Notes: a model not told the origin generated them from the letters alone. A DNA stretch of 63,912 nucleotides, filler included, from Nemertoderma westbladi (GCA_032718475.1; 4 parts of 4 records of this genome joined end to end with filler, not necessarily neighbours in it); one strand, 5' to 3'. Positions 23,801 through 35,136 are shown, counted from the first letter of the whole stretch. Numbers and translations are program-made.

Positions 23801-24626
23801 CAGACTGTAGGACATACTGTAGGCCTTACTGCACATACCATAGGCCATGCTGACAGGAATAATGTAGGCGATAGGATAGCGCGGTCGACGGGATTGAACC
23901 CGGAGGTTGCGGAGTACATACCGGCAGGTAGGCCAGAAGCTGATAGGCCTATACCGGTACCAGTACAGCAGTATGACTACAGCATGCAAGGACATAACAT
24001 ATACCCAGGGGAGGGGGGAATTATTGCGGATAGGTGCATGGGCCCCAATATATTAACATCAACCCCAGTACCAAACATACCGGTGGGGGGGGGGGGGGGG
24101 GGGACAGGGTGACATTCCCCCATCACAATATCAACAATATATCCCAATAGGAGTAAGAACAACGAACCCCTTGGATAAAAATAGATCATGCGACACATAA
24201 ATATGGAGGGGGCCGCTACCCCCAATGATATACCCAAGCCAGAGGAGGGCAGGAAATAGGACGGACGGACCGCACCCAACAGGAGAAACTATGCAACATC
24301 CATCGAACCCATTGGAAGCGCAGGCGATGGGAATGGCCACGTTAATCGATGCGCTAAAAACTAGGATTGAGCTACCACCCGTGGAACCATTCAAATTCGA
24401 TGGGAGCAGGCCGGAAGAATATCTACAGTTTCGGCGCATGTATAGTAACGAAATACTAACAAAGAACTTGACGCAGGCGGAGTGCATACAACATCGTGAG
24501 GCAATACCAGGGCATAGAGGGCGGCTTCACGACGGCATGGCGGGCACTGGACAGGGAATACGGGCACCCGGCCAAGATCATCCGGCAAACCCTGAGGGGC
24601 ATAACATCGGGTGGCCTACAGGATAA
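20894..24626 (+). pseudogene. gag: Long, frameshifted gag N-terminal region
   Basis: Successive same-strand ORFs (20894, 21067, 23105, 24225) contain an Arg/Glu coiled coil, an Asn-rich tract and 20-aa repeats, then LPPVEPFKFDGSRPEEYLQFRRMY (BEL gag core, DUF1759-like). Several breaks fall at poly-G runs. Confidence 0.75.
22768..23000 (+). repeat. 60-bp in-frame tandem repeat in gag (about 4 copies)
   Basis: EVAGLSQPEVSLVGHVVSRQ-like units. Confidence 0.85.
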
Positions 24627-27600
24627 CCCCGTTAGCATAAAGACATTCGCTAATAAAGTCGAGAAGGCGCTAATCGTGCTAAAGACGCTAGACGCGCCAT
24701 ACGAACTCAACGCGTCCAACAACATCACCACGATAGCGCAGGCACTACCGATATGGCTACGCAACAAGTGGAGGAAAATCGCTTTCTCCACTCGAGATAG
24801 GAAGGGTGCGGAACCGGGTTTAGAAGAAATGTCGAGCTTCTTAAATTACGAAGCCGAATTAATAACCGACCCAGTCTATAGTGAGGACAGCCTGGGAAAG
24901 GGACCAAGAACCGATTACCATAGACCGAAGCCAGAACACAACACGTCGAACGCATTACCAAAGCTCAGGCAATCATTGCCATACGCAGCGACGCAGGGGA
25001 CTGCAAGTCCACAGGTAGCCGAGGGTAAGACCACACCATGGAACGGACAGGGGAAAAATAACAACACAAATAAATATAACCCTAGTACGCCCAGTAGGAC
25101 GAACCCAAACAATAAGAATAGTAGGGACTTTGGTACAAACGCAGCTGCGATACGCAATGCACTGTATAAGGACAGCTACAACCCAAAGAGCAAATGCCAG
25201 CTACATACAAATGCGCTTCATCAAACCATGAACTGCAGGTACTGGCAAGCGCTACCCAGAGAAGATCAGGTAGAATACACAGCGAGAAATGAGATCTGCT
25301 CGCGATGTGTGATGAGTGGACATAGAGCTAGGCAATGCAAGGAGACGCCGGTCAAGTTCGGTCAAAGGAAAGGCCAAACGATGGCAACGAGCACAGTAGG
25401 GGCGAAGAAGAGAGGGACGGTGCTACTTGGGGTAGTACCAGTGCGAGTGATTGGAGAAGGCAATCGATCAGTAACAACACTGATGCTGGTCGATAGTGGA
25501 GCTGCCTTCACATTAATCAAGGATTGGGTGGCCGAAGAGATAGGATTGAGGACGAGGCCAAGTAGAATGGCGGTAACAACCATCTCCAGCAAAGATAAGG
25601 TCCTGGAGATGAGAACCGGATGGTGCGCGATTGCAGCAATAGCACCGGGATACGACTATGGGGCGAGCATCGACCCCATCCAAGTGATAGAGTCAATAAA
25701 CATCAATGCCAGACGGCCAACCAACATCGAGGTCGAACAATATAAATTTCTGGATGATATCGACTTCTCAATCCCAGAGGTGGACGTTAGGAAGGTATCC
25801 ATCATAGTAGGAATGGACCGCCCGACGGCCCATGAAAGAATGCAAACGGTCTTCGGCGAAGACAGGCAGTGTGACCCATTGGCGATACTGACACCATTCG
25901 GGTGGACGCTGAGTGGCCCAATCAAGAGCAAAATACCATTTAGGATGTCGGAGACATCAGGATGCATGTTCGCGGGAACTATGCAGGAAATGGGTGATGA
26001 GAGAGCAGAGGAGCAGCTTAAAAGACTGCTCAGACAGGATTTTGAAGGATTAAAGGAGACCGGGGTCGGGACCTCGGTGGAAGACAAACAGGCTCGACAA
26101 AGCGTAGAGGAGTCTATAAAATGCGACGAAGGGCAGTACACCATAGGAATGGTATGGAAGCTACCAAGGCTACCACTGCCCGATAATAGAGGGATGGTGC
26201 TCACGAGGCTTCGTAAGTTAAAACAGACATTAAAACGGAGCCCCGAAAAGAATGAGTACATCCACAAGACAATCAGAAAGTACGTCGAGAAAGGATGGGC
26301 CGTGGAGTTACCGGTCGACGAACCAAACACGGACAGGACATATTACCTGCCACTCCACGTGGCTTTAGATCCAAAGAAAGGTAAACTGCGGATGGTAGTT
26401 GATGCATCGGCCAAGACCAACGGAAAATGCCTAAACGACTATCTGCTGGAGGGTCCCAATATCTACAACTCGGGGATCGAGGTTCTACTTAGATTCAGGA
26501 ATGGGAAACACGCCTTCACCTGTGATATAGAGGGCATGTTCAACCAAGTCCATGTAACGGAAGAAGATAGCGATAGTCAACGCTTCTTATGGTACAACGG
26601 CGATGAAGAACCGTCGATCATACCGACGTACAAGATGATAGTACAGAACATGGGAGCCAAGTCGTCTTCATTTACGACGACTATGGCAGTAAGAGATACA
26701 GTGAAGGGGAAGGAGGATAGATACAGCACTAGGGCCGTCGATATGATTCGACGTGGCTTCTACGTAGATGACGGAATGGAGTCTGGAAATACAGTTAAGG
26801 AGATACTGGACACAGGGCGCGGGGTTCGCGACATCCTAAAAGGATCCGGCTTTAACGTGACCAAATTCCAATCCAGTTTGGAGGAATTTATCAAGGCGAT
26901 AGAGGACGAGAGACCAGAATCGACCATGGATAATCCCACAACAGCCAAAGGGCAGCACATGGCGAACAAGAGGACAGAGTCTCAACAGAAGGCATTGGGA
27001 ATCGTGTGGAACAGAGAGACAGATGACCAGCTGAGCCAGGAGGGCGCAGACATCCACACAAAGAGAGGCTATATATCATACATAGCAAGAATATACGATC
27101 CCCTAGGCCTAGCATCCCCACTATTAGTCACGGGGAAACAGATACCCAAGAGAGTATACAAACTAAAGGACGAGTGGGACGTAGAGGTACCAGAAGAGAT
27201 CAAGAAACAGTGGTGTAAGTGGACAGAAGGTTTGGAGAAGATGGGAACATACAGCATGCCGCGAGTGTATTTCCCAGATGGGGACATGACGAACCTGGAT
27301 CTGCACATGTTCTCCGATGCGTCACTAGAGGCATACGGAGCGGCACTCTATTTAGTACAACGAGAGGGGCCTCATAAGCCCAGACTTGCCTTCAGCAAGG
27401 CGAAGTCAACGCCACCAGATTCGGCATCGGTTCCCAAACTAGAGTTGACAGCGGCGAGGCTAGGAGTTAGGGCCACAGCATACATAATGGACGCTATTCC
27501 CAACATAGTGGAGACACACTACTGGACGGATTCCATGGTAGTGCTTGGCTGGCTACATAACGAGAAAACGCGATACCCTATATTCGTCGCAAATAGAGTG

Positions 27601-28470
27601 GACGAAATAAGGGCGACCACAGAGTTAGGAAGGTGGTACTACTGCCCTACGGACGAGAATCCAGCAGACTTGTTATCGAGGGGCATGGCACGCCACACTT
27701 TCTTGAAAAAGGAAGAATTGTGGCAACACGGGCCACAGTTTCTGAGCGACAGGGAGGCCTGGCCGCCGATGAGAAAGGTGGACCCGGGCTCGGGAAAAGT
27801 AGTATCAGAGGGAGAAGAAGGAGATTCAGAGGGAGAAGAGATATACTCCCAGATGGTGAGGGAGATAACGGACGTGCAACCTAAACCAGAAGAACTGTGC
27901 GATAACCCGACGGATAAACTCCTCAGCTACAGCTCTAGTTGGTATAAGACCAAGGAATTAGTGGCGTACTGGAGAGCCTTCGGGAATTTCCTCGCGGGAG
28001 TTGGCAAAGGCAAGAAGATCAGGACAACCATAGATCTGGAAGGAGCGGCCAAAGCAGTCATCCGCTATGAACAACGGAAGAACTATGGCGACGAGGTGGA
28101 ACGCGTCGGTAAACAACAGCATCTTCGACGGGACAGCGAGCTGATCACGCTGTCACCACAACTTAATGATGACGGGATTCTAGTAATGAACTCTAGGGTG
28201 GGCTACAACAACAGCATCGTTGTACCACCGAAGCCCATCATCATCCCTACAGGATCGCCAATAGTCCACCAGATTATCTGGGACTCCCACAAGTCGATAT
28301 TGCACGGGGGCACCAACCGAACCCTTACGGAGATACGGAGGACCTTTTGGGTCAAACAGTTGAGGAAGAAGATAAAAGCGGTAGTGAGGCAGTGCCAGAC
28401 CTGCCGACGAGCGAAGAAGGAGCGAGCCATACAGGAGATGGCACCACTACCGGCGAGTAGGGTAAGACAG
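24496..28470 (+). CDS. pol: BEL/Pao gag C-terminus, aspartic protease, reverse transcriptase, RNase H and integrase zinc finger
   Basis: Knuckles CQLH...H....C and CSRC....H....C; protease LVDSGA; RT YLPLH, KLRMVVDAS, LNDYLLEGP, DIEGMFNQV, YVDD; RNase H FSDASLEAYG, PKLEL, WTDS, NPAD; integrase HHCC then QEMAPLPASRV. The last ~47 aa of the called ORF are read-through into an insertion. Confidence 0.95.
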
Positions 28471-29473
28471 TGTCTGGGATGTCGGCCAGCGCTTCTCTTG
28501 CACGATAGACCGTGCAGACCGTCCGCTTCGACTGGGTTACCACAATGGGCGCAGCTGTGGGGTTCCGTAACCTTGCATCCCAGCCTGGTAGCGATGGAGA
28601 TCCGGAATTGAGAGTTGGTAAGTTTCAGCCCGAGGGAGGAGGCCGGGACTGCATCTAACCAGCAGCCCGCTATGCTGGAGTTTAATGAGTTCAGGCAGGC
28701 GATGTCGACTGGCGAGGACGAAGAATGGAGTTTAAAAATGGAATCCTCGTGGATTGGCTGCATCCACAAACTCTGCATGCTGGAGGAAGGCGATGGATCA
28801 CTCGCGGGGACGTGGGTTCTCCACTGCTCCAGGGCTCGGGTAATGGCCTGGTCAGCGAGGGTCTCCCGTGGCGTGAAGAGGCGCCCCGCCAGATCGGCGC
28901 TAGCAGCAGCGGAAGCCAGGAAGGCTGAGGGTGCGAGCTGTGTAGCGCTGATCAGGCCAAGGCCGCCCACACGGGTGGGAGACACGCCTGCAACCAGGCT
29001 CGGTCGTCGATTCTCGTGTTCGCTACCTGTTGGAGGGCGTCTCTCATAGTCCGGTCGAACTCAGCGAGGAGGTCGGGTTTTGCGAAGCACGGCGTGGTGC
29101 GGAGGAAATAAGTCAACCGAGGGATGGAGAAGGAATGTTTGAGAAGGTAGAAGGCGTGGTGGGCGTCTATGTGTGGGAGCCGCGATGTCAGCGTGGCCAG
29201 ATCGTCGACTTTACTGCGCAGACAGGACTGAATGGCTGCATCTCCTATCGGGGCACCCAACATCGTCAGTTCCCCTAAAGGGGGGGATCTAATCCCGCCA
29301 CAAACCTCCTCGAAAGCACTCAGGATGACTGAACGTGATTCCTCCGACTCAGGCCCGAGGAAGAACAGCTCGCACTTGGCGGGTTTCACCTCGAGGCCGC
29401 ACTTCGCTCCCTCTACGATGATGGTCCGGAGGTCGTTGAGGACTACCCGGAAGTCGTCGCCAAGGTTACCATC
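28470..29473 (-). mobile_element. Internal fragment of a CRE-clade (restriction-like endonuclease type) non-LTR retrotransposon inserted in the BEL integrase
   Basis: Minus-strand DGNLG, GLEVKPAKCE, LGAPIG, PRLTYFLRT, LP..GGLGL.SA...APSAFLAS, WLDAVP..LGLKL, FRISIATRLG, C..CG...D/A.G.H.LSC..S.GR..RH; one frameshift near 28985; GC-rich. Confidence 0.85.
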
Positions 29474-30397
29474 ATATTACTGCCATTTACGCATTGCGGT
29501 GTGGACATGTTCGGGCCGATAAAGATCAAGGTGATGCGGCACACGGAGAAACGCTACGGCATTATCTTCGTATGTAACAACACGCGGGCGGTAGGGATAG
29601 AACTCGCCCAAGATGCAACCGCATCAGCATTCATTAATGCATTAGAAAGGTTCAGAGACCGCAAAGGTGGGACGATCGCAGTAATGTACTCTGACAGCGG
29701 AACCAACTTTGTGGGAGCAGAGAACGAGATGGCAGAGGCCTTGGACATCTTGGAAGGGGAGGAAGTCAGGGCAGCCATGAGATGACGACAAATAAAGTGG
29801 GAGAGAAGGACGCCGTATGCACCACATACACTAGGATGCGTCGAGAGACAGGTGGGCAGTTTGAAGCGTCTCATGATGAAGTTAATGAACACCCATATGG
29901 TCATGGAGGACGTCTTGAGAACAGTACTTGCAAAGTGTGAGGGTATCATTAGTAGACCGCTATATCCGGAGAATGATGACCCTGAGTCATTAGATGTGCT
30001 GACGCCCAGCCATTTTCTAATGGAAAGGCCAGTGACCATCGATATGCGGGGTGTAGACCCAGATGACATACACTCCCGCCAGAGTTGGAAAGTCGCTAAA
30101 GCGATAAGCGCAGAGTATTGGAGGAGGTGGGTAGAGGAATACCTACCCACGCTTCACAAAAGAAGCAAGTGGAGGAAGTCGAACAGGGAGTTAAGAGAGG
30201 GAGATCTCGTAATCGTTACGGATGATACTATCATCAACAACCAGTGGCAGTTGGCGAGAGTTGTAGGCACTTACTCCGATGAGGACGGAAGAGTCCGATC
30301 GGTAGAAGTGCGGATAGGTAGCAAGATAGGTGCGAAGGACAGAAAAACCTACAGGAGAGCAGTAAGGAAATGCTGTCTATTAGAAGGGGCACCTTAG
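29474..30397 (+). pseudogene. BEL integrase catalytic core and C-terminal domain (DUF5641-like)
   Basis: PFTHCGVDMFGP, SDSGTNFVGA, GCVERQV, LTPSHFL, YWRRWVEEYLPTL, WQLARV..DEDGRVRSV; in-frame TGA at 29783. Confidence 0.92.
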
Positions 30398-30504
30398 ATT
30401 GGGGTTAGAGAGGAGTTTAGTCGTCCAAGTTTTGGACTGAGGGGGGTGGGATTGAGGGTGAGACGCCCTTCCCACACATAAAATAAATAAAAAATAAATA
30501 AAAA

Positions 30505-30875
30505 ATAGTTAGTTAGTTAGTTAGTTAGTTAGGAGGTACGTAGTACCGAGAGTTAGGAGTTAGTTAGTAGAGGTGTTAGAGAAGTAGTTAGAGGGTACGT
30601 AGTACCGCTAGTTAGTGGAGTCAGAGTAGTAAGAGGGTATGTAGTACCGTTAGTCAGTGGAGTAGTTAGAGGGTACGTAGTACCGTTAGTTAGTGAAGTT
30701 AGAGTAGTTATTAGAGGGTACGTAGTACTGCTAGTTAGAGATATTAGAGTAAGAGTTAGAGGGTACGTAGTACCGCTAGCTAGTTAGAGAGAGAGAGAGA
30801 GTAAGAGTTAGAGGGTACGTAGTACCGCTAGTTAGTTAGAGGTTAGTAAGAAGAGGGTACGTAGTACCGATTAGT
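30505..30875 (+). repeat. Imperfect tandem array between pol and the accessory ORF
   Basis: (AGTT)n followed by about 8 copies of AGAGGGTACGTAGTACCG separated by variable AGTT/AG spacers. Confidence 0.85.
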
Positions 30876-31351
30876 AATAGGGGTAGAAGGGATATGTATA
30901 ATATGGATATTAGTTAGCAGTTAGTAGCGAGAGGGGGGCATATGAGTACAGCTGGATAAATCGTGTAGGCCACGCGACGCATACTGCTGTACTGCACAGG
31001 CCCATAGAGTAGGTCAGAATGTGGATTATGAAATAGAATAATCCATAAATAGTAAGTAGTAGAATTAAATTAAATCAAAATAAAATAGAATAAGAATAGG
31101 GCTAAAAGTTACAAATGATGGTAACAGTAGGGAAATTATTCTGGAACATAATTAAAGTAACTGACAGAAACTGCAAATTAGATTAAATTTACTAGCTTCA
31201 AAATTAAGTAGTTGGAATTTAGGCTATAAGGCGAAATTAGATAAGGAATAGGCCATTCTCGGACTGTACAGACCATCATAAACTTATCACTCATCTGTAC
31301 TGCGCCTTGGTAAGGCACCACCTTACAGGTGAGCGAGTGAGAGTGTTCGGA

Positions 31352-31999
31352 ATGGCAGGAAAACTGATCAGAAAGAGAAAGACGGAGCAAGGAGGAAAGG
31401 AGATACTGGTGGATTTCACCAAGAGGCATCCGGAAGAGAAGACGAGAGGATACTACGAACAGTTGGAGAGGGGTCACGCAGCTCGAGCGCTACAAGACCA
31501 TTTCAGGGAAGTGCACGAACAGCGGCTGGTCGGGACCTACGGGACGCCGTCGCTGGACAATGCGATCTTCGAACACTTCCACTATGTAATAAAGGGAGAC
31601 GAGGCGAAGTTCGGGATTCCGAAGTATGCGAGGGAGTCGCCGAAGAAGGATTGGAAGAGGTTCGTAGAGTCCGTCAGCAGGGGAGGATATATGATCCTAG
31701 ACGACGAGGGAACCGTGGAAGACGAGGATGGTTCGAGGCGAGGATCAGCGGGGTCGGCCAGGACCATACTCCTACATTTGGCCGCGCCAAATGGGGACAT
31801 TTTCTTATTTGACCTAGGAACGTATGGGAACAAGGACGGGCCGAAATTAAACCGGTTGCCGAAAGCGGTGCAAGTCCTGGTAAGAGAGAAGTCGACGACG
31901 AAGGTGGGATCGGCGATTCGCGACGACGCGGAGAGACTACTGTGGGAGACAGACCCACCAGGAAAGGAGCTGCTTGTACCGGTTCCAGAAAGGAACTAG
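31352..31999 (+). CDS. BEL accessory ORF part 1: DEDDy 3'-5' exonuclease-like domain (WRN/EXD2/mut-7/RNase D type), partial
   Basis: ExoI-like GYMILDDEG; LLHLAAPNGDIFLFDL; ExoII-like LPKAVQVLVREKSTTKVGSAIRDDAERL. No ExoIII motif is visible. First ATG at 31352. Confidence 0.75.
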   Translation: MAGKLIRKRKTEQGGKEILVDFTKRHPEEKTRGYYEQLERGHAARALQDHFREVHEQRLVGTYGTPSLDNAIFEHFHYVIKGDEAKFGIPKYARESPKKDWKRFVESVSRGGYMILDDEGTVEDEDGSRRGSAGSARTILLHLAAPNGDIFLFDLGTYGNKDGPKLNRLPKAVQVLVREKSTTKVGSAIRDDAERLLWETDPPGKELLVPVPERN

Positions 32000-32648
32000 T
32001 TGTCTCTACTGCCGTGAGTCGAGCCACAGGATGGGCGCGTGTCCACGGTTGCATAACCGATGCTCGAAGTGTAACTTTCGGGGACACTACGGACACCAGT
32101 GCGACTGGATGGATGATGAAGAGAAGTTCAGAATCTTCGAGGAGTGGGCCGACGTCGGGGCCATGACGCGGCAACGCATGAAGGCCCAGGAGTTCAAGTG
32201 GGGTTTCTTCCTTATCAATCAGGAGGCTCACTTGGAAATCATAAAGCGGAGGTTACCGTTTACCTATCAAGAGGTAGCAACGGCGGCGTCGTATGCCGGG
32301 GTGATAAATACGCAAAGGTATTTGGACAGGTGGACACCACAGAACCGAGGGGAGTTTAGGGATTTCTTGGTGGATCATGTGCCGCGGGCAATGAAGATGA
32401 TCTTATGGGACGCCACCAGGGAGAGAAAGCAAGGCCATTCGGAGGGACCACCCGCAAAGCAGTACCGGGCACTGATAACACCAGCGCCCAAGGAGCCAAC
32501 AACCGGGATCAGTAAGGAGGTGGCGGCGAGAGTCCGAAGACAGAAAGCGGATCCCAGAGGAGCGGTAGTGACCAGGAAACAACCCAGGGAGGAGGACGGC
32601 AAAGGGAAAGACTTGAGGTGGTTCCCGAAGTCAGGAGGGATAAACTGA
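31974..32648 (+). CDS. BEL accessory ORF part 2: tandem CCHC zinc-knuckle protein with basic tail
   Basis: CLYCRESSHRMGAC-PRLHNR-CSKCNFRGHYGHQC (two CX2CX4HX4C). It overlaps part 1 and joins it if one base near 31976 is removed. Confidence 0.75.
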   Translation: MYRFQKGTSCLYCRESSHRMGACPRLHNRCSKCNFRGHYGHQCDWMDDEEKFRIFEEWADVGAMTRQRMKAQEFKWGFFLINQEAHLEIIKRRLPFTYQEVATAASYAGVINTQRYLDRWTPQNRGEFRDFLVDHVPRAMKMILWDATRERKQGHSEGPPAKQYRALITPAPKEPTTGISKEVAARVRRQKADPRGAVVTRKQPREEDGKGKDLRWFPKSGGIN

Positions 32649-33351
32649 GGCTTCAATGTGGTACGCCTGGAAGGCGCCACGTGAGACGTGCGAACTATTA
32701 AGTACAAATTCAAGTAATCTAAATAATCAAATAAGTGCAATTTGTATGTACGTACGTAGCAATCAGTAATCTACGAGAATATACGTTCGAAGTAAGTAAT
32801 ATAGTCATACAACCTTTCTCAATTAGCTACTGGGACTGGGGGGCTAACTGACTATGGTACTATGGACGAGACACCAGACGATTTCACACTTCTTGAGTGC
32901 GACGCCACAGGAGTGGGGGTGAGACTCATCAGAAGGAATAAGGTAGTCAAAGAGGGGTCGAGTAAAGGTGATAGTGTGGAGTGCGGAGAGAGTGCGGATG
33001 CAATTCAAGTGTGGGGGGGAGGATAAGAGGCTGAGTGAGGGGCAGGGAAGTCCGAGAGTTAGAGCGGAAGTGAGGAGAAGTAGAGGAGAGTCAGGGTGAG
33101 AACAGAGAGGAGTTAAAGTGGCGAAAGTGTTGGGGAAACAAAAGTCGTGTGATAGGAGTGCACGATCGGCCCAACATGGGATGCCAGGCGAACCGGGTAG
33201 CATTATCATACCCATAGGGAGCGGCCTGGAAAGCCGGCTCCGAGAGAAAATAATTCCACCCCACACCCGATACTAGATCGGGATCCAGCGGAATTGTAGC
33301 CCACTTGAGGAGGATGCTATCTTCTCACCGGGAAGATAGCATGGGGGGGAG

Positions 33352-33905
33352 TGTTAGCTTATTCAATTCCGCTAACGCCCCACAAAGTAAGCCGTTAAGC
33401 AATATTGGGAGCACGAGGTTGGGTAATCAACCTCGTGTGGCTAACTCGTGCCACCCCGACAAAGTGGGAAGGAGAAACGCACAATAGGGGTCAGGGGCCA
33501 TACCCCTGACAGAGAGAGAACAGCAGGAGTGAGGTGAAACACTCCAAAGGGCGCCAACAGGGATATTAGCCAATGGGAGGAAGGCACCGGCTAGGTACTG
33601 TAACAACGGCCAAACCGTGCAATATATAGTATTAGGTACCATGTTACTGTAATCAGTTATCTCATTGTGTTAGTTGGTTAGCTAGGGTAGAACGGAGACT
33701 TCTAATACCGTCCCCGTCTACCGCCATTATCTGTACATACTGTAGTACTTCAATTGCCATCTAACCTTACTGAACTATATCCATCTTAACGTTTATATTA
33801 TACATACATCGGAGAACTAATAACATCAGAACTCTCAAACTCTTTTCACATACAAACGGCAGGGACGCGTAATTACAATAACCGGATAAACCGGGATCCT
33901 CCTTG
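33352..33905 (+). repeat. 3' LTR, truncated at its 3' tip
   Basis: Matches the 5' LTR up to CCGGGATCCTCCTTG, with about 7 substitutions and one small indel by eye. The terminal CA and TSD are absent. Confidence 0.92.
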
Positions 33906-34412
33906 ATAAGGCATACTGCATTAGTGGGAAATCCGTATTGAGTACACATGGTAGGCCTATACTTGAGTTAAAACGGATATGTATCCTTTTATATACTGTA
34001 CGCTAAAAAATAAACGTTATTTTTTTTTTGACAAACAATCAGTAATGGTTTCAAGACTGATGATATAAAGTTATAAAATGTTAATAATTTTTAAAATTGA
34101 ATTAAATATTGACTGGAAAAACGACATTATGTAATGTGGGGAAGGTTAATAAGACGGATGAAGGAAGGTCGACACACACAAACCGAAAAAGAAATAAAAT
34201 AAATTTAGGTTGGTTTTGTGCTTCGGAAATTTTTGCTTTAATAAATTCCTTTAACTCTGTATATATTTTTATCCATGCACTTGGCCCTACTCTATTTTTT
34301 GGTAACCTTCCACCCTATTTATCAGCCCCACTCACCGTACATGACATTTCACTTAAATACTTTATACTATACATTATTTCTTTATAATATTATGTTTTAT
34401 GATTCCTTTCAG

Positions 34413-34538
34413 CAATTAGTCATTGCGCTCAACATGTACATGAATGCGACATCCATGCAGACTGCATTGATACCGAACTCGGCTATGACTGCGAATGCAC
34501 TACCACAGGGTATTACGGAGATGGTTTTACATGCACAG
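34413..34538 (+). CDS. Exon encoding a calcium-binding-type EGF domain
   Basis: TTTCAG acceptor and CAG|GTAAG donor, phase 1-1; ISHCAQHVHECDIHADCIDTELGYDCECTTTGYYGDGFTCT. Confidence 0.88.
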
Positions 34539-35136
34539 GTAAGCAGCAATTACTCCAGTTATGGTTATGCAGATTGAGATTGATGTACGTAATATTCGTA
34601 CTAATGATTGCCTTGCCTGTAAGTGTAATAATTTAAAATGTATTCATTTAAGAACCGATTATGGTTACTAAATATCAGGAACTGCTTTAACGATTACGAT
34701 GAAATTTACACAGAGGCTAGCTGGCTGACCAGTTTCTAAGGGCACTGGCACATATGCCTACTCCATACTCAGTCCATTTTGCACTCACCCTACGAAAAAT
34801 ACAAGTTTTAGATTTCGAGTACTGTTGTTGCCGTCAATTCTCAATCATGGGAATTACGCCGATGTAAGTTCGAGAGGGTTTTCGATCCCCAAATACTTTT
34901 CACCGGTATTTTTGTTGGGGTAAATAGCAGCCCAGGTAGAACTGGACGTCCACGAAAGAAATTGAACGTTCATATTTCGAACTTTTTTCCTGCGAATCTG
35001 AACATCAATGAAATATCGTTCAAAATAGGTAAAATTTGCTGACGTTGTGAGTTATTTACCAGATTTTGACGTTCATATTAGGTAATTTTACGTCCCTACA
35101 TTAACGAAATTGATAATGAAACCAATGAATGATTAA

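Larger units (their letters stand above)
20292..33905 (+). mobile_element. BEL/Pao LTR retrotransposon, near full length (13.6 kb), in an intron of the FN2-EGF gene
   Basis: Two ~550-bp LTRs starting TGTTAG; polypurine tract GGGGGGGAG before the 3' LTR; domain order gag-PR-RT-RH-IN with BEL-diagnostic motifs. Confidence 0.96.

Noticed and set aside
23113-24103. Programmed ribosomal frameshifts in gag
   Set aside because: The breaks coincide with 17-20 nt poly-G runs, better explained by slippage or sequencing error.
28203-28611. Overlapping sense/antisense genes in pol
   Set aside because: Both called ORFs are chimeric read-throughs across the BEL/CRE junction at about 28470.
30505-30875. 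CRISPR-like repeat with variable spacers next to a nuclease ORF
   Set aside because: The spacers are short low-complexity AGTT/AG variants of each other, consistent with slippage in a retrotransposon UTR.
31307-32648. env gene of the BEL element
   Set aside because: No signal peptide, furin site or transmembrane anchor; the motifs are nuclease- and knuckle-like.
33767-33949. C-type lectin-like peptide (CNYASLPFVCEK) on the minus strand
   Set aside because: It lies mostly in the antisense LTR and crosses the LTR break, so it is most likely coincidental.
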